Shown here: positions 47,454-59,165 of the stretch, in pieces
Layout of the letters: each line of letters starts with the position of its first letter
Position numbering within the stretch: the first letter of the stretch is position 1
Origin: Tubulanus polymorphus
Lineage: Eukaryota > Animalia > Nemertea
DNA length: 64,000 bases
Assembly: GCF_964204645.1 (NCBI RefSeq)
Contig: NC_134036.1
Span: forward strand, 930,001 to 994,000
Direction of reading: 5' to 3'
Made by a program: the position numbers and the translations under genes
The notes under the pieces: model-generated
What the model saw: only the letters and a program-made list of their open reading frames with translations
Database searches by the model: none
What the model was told of the DNA's origin: nothing

Positions 47454-47913
47454 TGACGACAACTGATGCTGATCCACTCGTCCTCACTGAGGATCAGTTG
47501 AATTCAATGTTCTCTGATCGTTATAGCGAAAGTGATGTAGAATTCATGGCAACTGTCAATCAACCGTTACCACACCCACCTTGCGTTCACGACTGGTACG
47601 TGAAACCGAAGCGTGTTTGGGACTGGACTAGGTTTGTAGTGTTACCCGCATTTGCTCTCCATAAAACAACATCCGTGATTTCAACATATATCGGCCTTTT
47701 TCTTGTAGAGGGGGTAGAGGTCGGGGGGGTCAAGGACATCGCGGAGGCGGTCGGGACTACCGAGACCGCAGCTACGACCGAGATCGATCTCATCATCGCC
47801 GTGACGACGATCGACGCGATGGTCGCTACGGAAATGATCGTAGAGACGATAGAGGGTACGGCCCACAGAGAGGACATAGCAGTCGGCCTCATTATCCGGG
47901 TAAACAGAATTGA
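47399..47913 (+). CDS. RAMAC: RNA guanine-7 methyltransferase activating subunit (RAM/FAM103A1)
   Basis: Exons 47399-47631 and 47709-47913 (77-nt GT-AG intron), ~145 aa. MFSDRYSESDVEFMATVNQPLPHPPCVHDW matches the RAM motif MFaxRFTxxDxEY..PPxVxxW, followed by an RGG/RD-rich tail; N-terminal poly-Ser from (AGC)n; AATAAA near 47966. Confidence 0.85.
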
Positions 47914-48474
47914 TGGATTTAAAAACAGACTTTTTTAACTGCATTTAAAAAACTGTAATTGGTAAAATAAAGGGTTAATCGTTTTCTAACTGATAGTTAT
48001 CAATGAATGAGGTTCTCTAAATCACTGCTATGGAATTCATGGATCTTTCAATCACTACTGAGGAATTCATGAGGATCTCTCAATCACAATTGAGGAATTC
48101 ATGAGGGTCTCTCAATCACTATTGAGGAATTCACAAGGGAAAAAGCATTTTCTTGTATGAAACTATCAGAATTATGATTTTTTCGAACTTTACCTATTTA
48201 TATTTACAACATTTACATCCGCGATAAAAATATATATCTATATATTACATTTGTAATTATTATCTATAAAATACACAAGGATGAATTAACTATTTACAAA
48301 TTAGATGTTTTAGATTCACAGCGTAAATCAGTAAAACTCAAGAACATCATGAGTTGAAAATTAAGAGTTTCAACGTTCGACTTTCGATGAATAGAAAATT
48401 TGAGTAATAAAATATAAATAAAATGCTTCGTTACGATAAAATACTGGAATCTGCCACTGAGTTAGTGGCATGCA

Positions 48475-48720
48475 TGGAGGATATATGACTCACGTGGAGG
48501 ATATATGACTCACGTGGAGGATATGACTCACATGGAGGATATATTACTCACATGATGATATATGACTCACATGGAGGATATATGACTTACATGGAGGATA
48601 TATGACTCACATGGAGGATATATGACTCACATGGAGGATATATGACTCACATGGAGGATATAATGACTCACATGAAGGATATAATGACTCACATGAAGGA
48701 TATGACTCACATGGAGGATA
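48475..48720. repeat. ~20-bp minisatellite x12 immediately 3' of the zinc-finger stop codon
   Basis: atgactcacatggaggatat variants. Confidence 0.93.
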
Positions 48721-48748
48721 CTATTTGCACAGATACTATCACCGCTTA

Positions 48749-51700
48749 TTAACGACATTCTACTGCTGATTGCAACAATAAACTATCGTTCTGACAATTA
48801 CTCTCATCTCCGTGGTAACCGTTGATAACGTCGGTATCGTCGAATCCTCCGTCGACGTCTAATTCTTCATCGTCGTCGGTCATCGAATTCAAACTCATTC
48901 TCTCGCCGCTAGGGGGCGTCAGCGGACTCAACGAACTGCTATCGATGTTGTTGTTGTTGTTGTTGCTCGGCGGACTCTGAGCGTTGCTAGGCGGACTCGC
49001 GTTGTTAGCGGCCGCATTGTTGCGTCGTTGATGCCAGCGACGGTGAATTTCTAACGGGCCGCGGTTCGTGAATATTTTCCCGCAATCCTCGCACGGGTAT
49101 TCGTCGCCATAGCGATGAGCCGAACGGACGTGACGCGTTAACAGATACTGGCTGTGGAACTTCTCGTCGCAATGTTCGCACTGGTGCGACATCGAGCGAT
49201 GGGTCGCGATGTGTTCGTTTAACGCCCGTAGTTCCGTGAAACGCTCCTCGCACAGCCCGCACTGCGCGCCCATACTCGGGTTGTAGTTATCGACGTGCGC
49301 CTGTAGGTGGCGCTCGAGCGTCGCGACCGCTTTGAATCCCTGCAGACAGAAGTTGCACGTCGTGCCGCGATTCACCTCGTGGATTCTCATGTGACGATGT
49401 AGATTCCCGCTCTGAGCGAATCGAGCCTGACAGATGTTACAAGCATACGGTCGTTCACCTGCAAATAAATATCAATCAGAATTAGAAATTCCTAGCGGTT
49501 CGATTTCATGATAATGTTAAACAGGGTGGCGCCATTTTTATTTGACTAGCTTTTTTCCAGACTATTCTCTGACACGCGCGCTGTTTTCCATGACCGCTAA
49601 GAATTTGACCAATAAACATAAACAAATGTGTAAGACATACACGTAAACTGTTCGCAAATTTCCCTGACTTGAAGCTTTTTTGTGTTTTCAAAATTCCCCG
49701 ACTATCCCCGATTTTATTAAGAAATGAATATTCCCTGATTTAAACCTCAGTCAAATGTGTGATACAGATGGAAACAGTTAAATTTTACTTGTGATTTAGC
49801 AATCTAAACGAATGTCCCTGACTTTAAGCCTTTTTTTCTTAACAAAATACCGCGACTATTTCCGGATTTTTAAAGAAACAAGTTCCCTGACAATTCCCCA
49901 ATCTAAACGAATGACCCTGACTTTACGCCGCAACTATTCCCTGATTATAGAAAATAAAGTACTGTCACTATTCCCTGATTTCCCCATGAACCCCTGCGTA
50001 CATACCTGTATGAGTGCGTATATGATGAACCCTTGATTTATGATGAGCGAACGACATGTCACAATACGGACATTTATACGGTTTCTCGCCGGTGTGGGTC
50101 CGCGTGTGATGACGCAACGTCGTACGCTGTACGAACGTCTTCGGACAATACGCGCACTGAAATAGTTCCGACGACGACGATGACGCTGATCGCGGCGTAT
50201 GAATACGCTCGTGTTGTTTACGCGCGGCCGACTTCGCGAACACCAGGTGGCAGAACGAACATTTATAATTACGTTCGTTTAGATGCTGTTGCATGTGCGC
50301 GTTGTAAACGTCGGCGCTCTCTAACGTTACTCCGCAAAACGAACAGGTCGTCTCGCCGGTAAACTGCGGTAACCGTCGCGCCGCCGCCGCTGAATCCTCC
50401 TCGTTCGACGTCGCCCCCTGGTGGTGATCGCCGGATGAATTCGAACTCGACGATAAACTCGGTCGATTCACGGAATCGCCGACGGAATTCTTCGATTCGG
50501 GAGACGAATGAATCGAATCCGACGAATCGCTGAACGGTTTCTGCTTCGCGTCCATATCTAGTTTCATCGCCGCTTTATAGGTGGCGTTATCGTTGATTTC
50601 GATTTTAACTTTCGCGTCGTGCGAATCGACTGGACTGATCTCCATTTTCTTATCGCTCAAATCGAGAATCTCGCCGCCGCTAGATGGCGCCGCCGCTACG
50701 TCATCGGGATGTTTACGTTTAGCCTCGGTACGCGGCGACGAGTGACCGTTAGGAAGCATCAACGCCGGGTTCATCGTCGGCGTCGCGTGTTTCGTCGTCA
50801 TGGCGTCGATGAGCGGAGACGGCGAGATAATCGGCGTCGAAGCCATCGGGAATTTGGCGTTCGGTATCGGAGAGAGCGGCGGGAACTGAGCGCCGCTCGT
50901 CCCGCTGAACATGTGAGACATGAATCCGTTCGACATCGCAGCCGGTGGCGCCCCCTGCTGTTCTCTCTGCGAGTCGTAGTGTTTTTTCTGATGTAGTTTC
51001 ACGTGGGCGTCGAAACGTTTTTGACCTTTGATGATTTTCGAGCAGTACATACACGGGTACGTCGTCTTCTTGCCGTTTTTCGTCGCCTTGGTTTCGGTCG
51101 GCGCGTTCGCGTTCATCGCCAGCATTGGGTAACCCGCCGTGCTGCCACCTGTCTGCGGGAAACCGAACTGCTGCGGCCACATGCCGTTAAACGGATTCTG
51201 CTGCATCATCATCTGCATTTGTAACATCCACATTTGTTGCGCGGCGAACATCTGTTGTTGATTCATCACCGCGGGCGACGGCAACAATGGATTCTGTTGT
51301 TGTTGTTGTTGGAGATGAGCGAGTAACGGGTTCATAGCTGCTGCAGCGGCGAGCATCATCGGATTCTGAAGCATCATCCCGGCGTTCTGCATCAAATTCA
51401 TATTCATCATCATCGTCGAATCTTCCGCCTGTTTGAAACCCGGGACTCTGGAGTCATCTGCAGCGCCGCCGCCACCGACCGGAGTCATCGGAGTCGATTC
51501 CGTTTTCGGTAAAACTCGCGTGAACGCGGATGTCGGCATGACGACGGACGGTTGATTGTTGGACGACGTCGTTTGCTCGTTATCGAGTTTCGACGGCTCT
51601 GTTCTGATTGGTTGAGCTGTGGTGGGCTCGGTCTCTGATTGTGGTATTCTGTCAATCATCGTGCGCAACATCGACATCGGATCAGCTGAAAATACACGAG

Positions 51701-52749
51701 TAAAATTAAACACATTGAATTAATTCATTCATTAAAAACGTAATAAACATGAAATATAGAATATCAATTCTAACATGGGGTTTTTTTTATATCCTAAAGG
51801 AAACATTTCACGCTCAATTCAACCTCAAGATTGTTTTCATCAATGGTAATAATGGGGACAATAATATATTTGAAATGTTGAATAAACTGGGATTTTATAT
51901 TTTTTCTAAAACACGGACTCTGAGTGCTTTAAATCCCTAAAAAATTGACGTCAGACGAAATTAAAAAGACCTCAGGTAGATGTAAGTAGAGTCTGTCATT
52001 GATTCTAAAATCTGGGGGTCTATGATTGAAGATGCTAGAGGACCCTTCTCCCAGTGGGGGTATCTGGGAGGGGGAGGGGGAGTGAGGACCCTGCTCCCAG
52101 TGGGGGGAGGGGGGTATCTTACCATTGTTTGTATTCTGTTCATACTGATACGGTTTTATAGCTTGTATTTTCTCCGCTTTCGGACGAATAACGTTTAGCC
52201 CACCAGGGGGCGCCGCTGTAGTCGGATAATGGTGAATCGTGTCACAACCTGAAAAATAGAAAAAAAAATTAAAAATCTGAAGATCATGAAATCAAAACTC
52301 GGAGCTTCCTGAAATACATCTTTAAAATCAACTCACCATTTTTCTGATCGGGATAATTCGGCCATTGTTGCAACGGATAGTTCGCGTTGTTTCCACGGTG
52401 ATGAACCGTCGATCGTTTATCGTTGTCATTAGTTACGTCTTCGTCGATGCACAGATTTCCTTCGTCGTCGCTCGAGTCATTGTTGTGGTCGTCATGGCGA
52501 TCGTCGTCGAATTTCGCCGGTCGGACGATTCTTACCGGAGGTGACGATTTCCGTCGCTGCAACAGATAAAAATATCGAATGAAAAAAAACGATTTTGGGC
52601 GAGTGTAAATTTCGGGAATATTTTCTAAGATTCCCCCCCAAAATGCTTTAGATTGGTTTTCTTACCTTTGCTTGTGGTTGAGGAGGATAAGGACAAGATA
52701 TGATTGGTCCGTCTGTGCTATCGATCGTGACGCCACCTTGTGACTCCAT
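48749..52749 (-). CDS. C2H2 zinc-finger transcription factor, ~939 aa, 10 fingers (1 isolated + 9 C-terminal), Q/M-rich region
   Basis: Exons 52749-52666, 52556-52337, 52248-52123, 51685-50006, 49458-48749 join in frame (2820 nt). TGEKPY/TGERPY linkers. Orthology not recognised. Confidence 0.9.
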
Positions 52750-53260
52750 CTGGAATTAAATATATCATAAATATAGATTATTGATTTAAACTAAATATCC
52801 ATAGAATTTCGGAGATATTTATTCGTTAGGATACATGATTTTCAAAAATATGATAACGATTTACGAAAGCTCGATTAATTAAAAGTAGCCTAAAGGCATC
52901 CATTAATTCGACCTTATTAAATCAGCAAATTTCTATACACATTTTCAAGTACGGAAATCAAATAAACAATTTTGAACGAAGGTTAAACAAATAATGTTTG
53001 TTTCAGATCAAATTTAAGGATTTATGGCAATTTTGAATTAAAGAAGCTACAAAATATATTTCATTAGCAAAAGCGTCGTAAGCGAAATTTGAAATATAGA
53101 AAAAATTCTACTTACATTTGAAATGAATAGTTAAATACTAAAATCCTTTTTACATTAAATGATTCCCTGAGTCGAATTCACAGTATTCCGATGGTTGTCC
53201 AGAAGTTTAAAGTCTTTATAGATCCGTTGTTGATGTTATCTTGTTGATATCTGGAGAGTT

Positions 53261-53297
53261 AACTGAAGTCTAACCCGGGACGGTGGTCAGTTTTATA
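53261..53297 (-). promoter_or_regulatory. Candidate TATA + Inr core promoter of the zinc-finger gene
   Basis: Minus-strand TATAAAA at 53297-53291, TCAGTT initiator at 53266-53261, and a non-coding exon donor gtaag near 53115. Confidence 0.5.
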
Positions 53298-56200
53298 ACC
53301 GAGCGTTCCGTCTATTGTTTGATGCTGCCAAAATTCAAATCGCCTCTAACCCGGTGAGTACTTCTGTAATCAAACAGTTAGTTTGTCCCCTTACCCCTAA
53401 TCCACCCGCACACTACTCACCTGAGACCTGACATCACTAAACTCTCGCAATTAAACCCTTAGTTTGTCATACTCTGAAACTACTGTCTTCATTTTTAAAT
53501 TCCGCGCCCTTATTGCGCTCGATGGCTAATTATAGCCCCTAAAAACTGGGTACTGAATAACTGGTGTTTGGACAGCCGAGTACAGACCTACTACAAACAA
53601 ACTGTCACTCGATGGTTATACAGATGATGACCACTCATAGTCATCAATAACCACAGCAATAAATTAATCCGATTAATTGTTCTTCATATTCAAACATTCG
53701 CCAAATACTTTTGTCTATAATCAACAAACAAACAAACTGGATGAGCACAAAAATCTCTTCGAGAAAAATAATCTCATTTTTGTTTCTGTGATGATGAAGT
53801 TTAGTGAAAACTTCCAAACTGTCGGAATAAATTGTTAAATCACCGACTGTGGGTTTGAATCGGAAATACTGAGATTAATATCAGTATTAACCGGTCAATA
53901 TTCACATCTCCTAGACGACATGTTTTCAAACCAATTTATCTAAAAATCATTACAAAACCTTCCTCAAGAACTAATTGACATGCGACATTGATGATTCCTT
54001 TGGTTATAACCGCCTCGCAACTCAGACAGTAAAACAAAACTCTGCCACGCGAAAATTAGAATGAAAATATAGTCGCAATTTTTTTATCTGATAAAATTAT
54101 AATTTATTTATTTATTTTAAGTTAAATAGATTATTCAGGTTTCACACATCGTCATCAACATCTTCAAAATACATTCATTCCTCTAATTAACACCGACTTA
54201 ATTAATCAACTTAAATTAATTAAGGATTTATTAATTGATAATTCCGACTACAGGATTTCTGGACCGACTCCCAGTTGTGAGTTAGAGATAACTGTGAATT
54301 CAGGATCCAGTTCCACAGTTGTGAGTTAACTCTGTTCATTTCCAACTGTGAGTTAAGTTTTAACCCAGAACTGTGGAACTGGATCCTGGATTTCTGGATC
54401 TAGTTCCACAGTAATGCGTTCAGCGTTAACTCTAGTTTATTCAAATCTTAACCTGCAACTGCAGAAATGGATTGCTGTGTATTTCTATGAACTGAGGATG
54501 GATTCTTATTTCAGTTACATCCGACTACAGAATACAGAATCTTCATCCGATAGAAAAATGAAAAGGACAAGGATTGTCTTTGAAAATAAAAGAAATTAAA
54601 CAAATGGAAGGAACGTCGATCGAGGATCTCTCGCGTTTAGAGGTAGGGGGTAGGTATCGGATTATTTCTAACATCAGTGGAAGACAAAGTCACCGTTCAA
54701 TTCTAGAGTAGAACTATTAGAAATAGAGTCGAAAAAGAGTCGAAATAACGGCCCTCAATTCAAACATGATTCAACAGTCGATTATTTAGCTTCTGTGTAT
54801 GTGACTTACAAAAAAAAACTACTTTTGACTTTTTCTAATTTTTACATTCGCACACCCCATACACAGGGGTCTATGAAACCCAGGGCCCCGTTTTCGCTTA
54901 AGATATCTTTTAGTTGACTATAGAAATGCAGCTCAGAGTCGTTAACACTGTAAATAAAGCATCGACTAACATATAATCAATTCCTAGATTTCTATATCGA
55001 TTTCTCCGAATGTTTTTTCAAAGCAAACATCGAAATTCTGACGTTGACATCTGTTTTTTTTTTCTTTTTTCATTTCTTTGTTTAGAAATATTTGCACGAT
55101 TTAAAAGCTGGGATCGAATCAGCGCGGAATGTTATCTTCCGCATTTCACTGACTCAAGAATATTGCGAGCGCGAGCGTGGGGGAGGGGAGGGGAGGGGAG
55201 GGGGGTAGCCCTATTCAGATCAACGTAAACATTAAGACGCTAAACCAATCAGGCAAAATAAGTAGTTTAAAACATCTGAGTGGAAACAATTAATCAAAAC
55301 AACATTTGCTGCAGAGTTTAAAATACTTCGCGTTCGTCGTCGTTTGTTGAGCTTTTAACAGGAAAAATTGTGGTTGTGACTAAATGGTGAAATAATTACT
55401 CGGTAAAATTAGTTAAATGCATCGTTTTAAAAAACCGTTAAAACTACAAACTATGAACAAATGAGAGAATGAGAAATAACAATGAACCCGAAAAACTTAC
55501 TAGAATTCGCGATATTTCTCATTTTAAAACGCTTTATCGCCTGGTGTTTTATCAAATATAAAATTGAAAATCGATCAGGGGTTGATCAAAGGGCATGTGC
55601 ACCCCCACCCTAAAAATATCCCTAGAGTTGCCCTGAAATTTCATAGCAAACTATCAAACTGATACCTAGAAAAACAAATTTAATTTCATAAGCTCTGTAT
55701 TTCTGAAATTGATTTAATGTTTTCTGATGAGCTGTCTTCCGAGGAGCCCTCACTTTTAATCACGTGATATGCCATATTTCGGGGGGTGCACCCCTTGCCA
55801 GAGTCAGACCCTAGATCCATCCCTGCTGATCTATTTCAACATCAAACTTATTCATCTAATAAGAAGAAAGTTGTTTTTTTTTCTATTTTTCTTAGCTGGA
55901 AGAAATTTTCTCTACTCTACGAACTAAAAACATAGAAAATGATTGGAGTCTTGTGAGTAAAGTTACGATAAAAATAAAAGCCGCACAATTATCAAATAGA
56001 TGTTCATTTGTTCATTCAGTTTTAGTCCAAACTAAAATCAAAATATCTAGATATTTAAATTCCTTGGATCCAGTTCCACAGTCTAAGTTAAAATCAGTTA
56101 ACAGTTTTCATGGGTCAAATCTGAACCCTGAACCGTGGGACTGAATCACTCAGAGGACTGGAGGACCAATCAGTGGACAGCAGGACCAATCAGAGGACTG

Positions 56201-56718
56201 CAGGACCAAATTCAATAATTGTGGCTTTTATTTAATACGCTGAAAATGATTGTTATTTTCATCATTAACAAAAAAAAAATAGTGAACAATAATAACATAA
56301 TCTAATCCTATTAATCTCAACATTAACCGGATTAACTATTAACTCTTAATCATCATCTTAATCCAATCAATTAATCCGTCGATTAATCCGTATTGATTGA
56401 TGTTTCCGGTCATCGCAACCAGCAACAAAACAAATAAACAAAACATTCGCGCCTTCTCTCGAATCACCACTTCAAGCCACCGTACGACCGACCGCCGCCC
56501 GCCATCATCGTCATAGCGATGTGCAACAATCAACAAATCCCATCACCGCGGTAACGCTGTCCATCGCAAAGAAGTTTTTCCAGAAGTTTTTTGTTTGTTT
56601 GACGAAGTATTTATTATCATCGTTTTAGGGGTCATTTTTTTTTCGTAATTAAAAGTTCCGTGTTCCGTGAAATCGGTAAATCCTAACGGCGTCGTCCGAG
56701 ATCCGTCCGCGCGAAATC

Positions 56719-59165
56719 TCATTTCTTTTTCAGTTTTCGCGCCTGTTCTTTTTCTTTGCGTTGTAATTTTAGTTTTTTCTTCTCTTCTTTCGCTTTTTCT
56801 TTCTCGCGTAAACTGGCGATTAATTTATACACGAAAAACGCTGCAAAAACAAACAAACAACGCGAAATTCAGATCAATAAAACGGATTTCTTCTCAGATT
56901 TATTCATTGAGTTATTTGTTAATTTTGAGGGCGAGAGATTCTAGTGGTACTTAATGCAGGGCCTGGTTTTATAGACTAGGTTCTACCTATAACCCGGGGG
57001 CTAACCAGATTCATTTTCAATTGAGTTAGCCCCAGGGTTAAAGGTAATACCAGTCTATAAAACTGGCACCTGGGTCTTTTTATAAATTTAGGGAATACAT
57101 TTAGCAGGATTTAGAGAAACAAAATACACAGTCACTCCCTTCATTTCGAGCACAAGTTTGTTTTATTCATTTTTCTTGATTTAACTCAGTCATAATTCAA
57201 TTTTGAAAAAAAAAGGTAAAAATACAGAGAGCTCTTCTTTGTTAGTTTTTGGGTAAAGTTTAGTTACTATAAAATCAAGCAAACAGGGTGAAATTGTGGA
57301 TATAACTTATTGTAGGAGGAGGATGACATGGAATCTCTGATATTATTTGTGATGGCCAGAGTCCTTAGAATTAAGTCCTTATAGCAAATGGTCATTAGTG
57401 AACTGGTTTAACAGCTACAAAAGTGGTCTGCTAACCTTAGGGTCACTGTGATTGGCTAATCTAAGGTATCTACATAGCCAGACTGCTTTGTTAGGGCTAC
57501 TGTGATTGGCTAACCCTAACCCTAGATCTCTATGTTGGCCAGAGTGGTTTGCTAGGGTTACTGTGATTGGCTAACCCTAGTAGCTGGTCACTGATTGGTC
57601 AGTGGTGGTCATGTGACCTCAGTGAGTAGTGATCAGGTGTCATACACTACTATACACTGTCAGTTGTAAACAGATCAACAGATTTTTTTATTAAAGATCA
57701 TTTAGGGCCCCATTCAACATTCATTCAGTTCATGAAGAGCTTAACTTTGTACAAGTGAAATTATTCAGCTTTTAAATGAATAATTTCCGCTGAATTGGAA
57801 CAAGTTTCAACCATTGACAGCGGAACCAACTGCTAAAAGTATAAATATTGACAGATGAATAAATAGTTTCAAGACCAGATCAATGCGTAAATAAATTAAT
57901 AATTTTTTACATAACATCAAGGAGCGCTCCCCGTATGTGTTAATGATAAATGTAGCTACTGTTTTTTTTCCAGCATCCTGAATCCTGAACTCCTGGCGCG
58001 AGAATCTGTCACCGTGGAAACTAATACAAATGTTTCGCAATAATCGTTCATGCGTTACTACGACAACAATAACGCATTACGAACATCATCGTTACGGAAA
58101 AAAGTGTCGTCGTAAAAATCTGACGACGACCTACGAGATGTGGGGGTGTGGGGAGGAGGGGGTGTGGGGAGGACTGGGTTCACCACTGACATCTCTTATG
58201 CTGAACTGCAAAGTGTTATCAGCACAATAGGTGAATTCATTGATTGAACACTTCGAACACATGAACACTTTGAACAACTGCTGCAATAGTGAACATTATT
58301 TCAGAGAATTAACACTATTTCAATTACATGGTTTCACATTATATCACATATATATATATAGTTTAATCATTTAATATCAAACATCTGTTTAAACTTACAA
58401 ATGCTACATGTAGAAACACGTGTTACAATTGACACATATTAATTCTATTTGTGAGTTTGATAAGCCTAACACCTGGTTTAGTCTACGTGTGGTTCAGTAT
58501 ATATATATATATATCTATGAATATATATTCGAAATCTATTCTATCAAATATTCCATTAAAATGATAAGCCTCTTAGTCTCCATCAGTCCGGTCCCCTAAT
58601 GGCATCATTGAACTTAATATAGCAATTAAGACCCTTTTAAAAGATGGCTTTCTCCATAAATCCACCAATGACACCACATTCTAGTCGGAGGTCTCATACT
58701 GCATTCATTAAATTATTTTGCAATCAACATAAAATCAAACCTTCTAGAAAGATGTCCGCCTTCATAAATCCCCCTATGACATCATCGAATTGTCTACCAA
58801 TGATTCGAACTATTGATCAGTTCTAGAAAATATGTCCGCCTCCATAAATCCCCCTATGACATCATCGAATTGTCTACCAATGATTCGAACTACAGATCAG
58901 TTCTAGAAAAGACGTCTGTCTCAATAAATCCCCCTATGACATCACAGTTTTACATACCTATCAAGAACGCGGCTATTGATACACAGATAACGAATAACCA
59001 CAGTTTAGCCGAAGTTAAATCTTCCTCCTGGTTTTTTCCCAACGTTGATTTAAAATCCGTTAAATTCTCTTTTAATTTCTCGATTAGATCTTCAATTTTT
59101 TTATCCTGTTCTTCATCGCCGGTCGGGCCATCTGGTTTTACCATCTCAACTTTTACATCGGCCAT
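56719..59165 (-). CDS. Same microprotein gene, isoform B (109 aa)
   Basis: Exon 59165-58958 MADVKVEMVKPDG...KLWLFVICVSIAAFLI (aaaATGG start, G|gtatgt, phase 1) spliced to the same 56840-56719 exon. Candidate non-coding leader exon donor (AAG|gtaggc) near 59664. Confidence 0.72.

Noticed and set aside
50033-51224. Overlapping and antisense ORFs within the large zinc-finger exon (similar ones in FER and TMEM232 exons)
   Set aside because: Expected by-products of GC/CpG-rich codon usage; no independent start, splice or homology evidence.
56339-56536. 65-aa hydrophobic ORF downstream of the microprotein stop
   Set aside because: Starts at a non-ATG codon, has no good acceptor, and lies in the presumptive 3'UTR.
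56680-56721. TGA of the microprotein read as selenocysteine (SELENOK/S-like)
   Set aside because: No Cys/Gly-rich redox context and no recognisable SECIS in the downstream sequence.
57956-58020. Possible alternative last exon for the microprotein (VSTVTDSRARSSGFRMLEKKQ*)
   Set aside because: The phase fits, but the acceptor has a poor pyrimidine tract and the 56840 exon is far more convincing; cannot be supported without reads.
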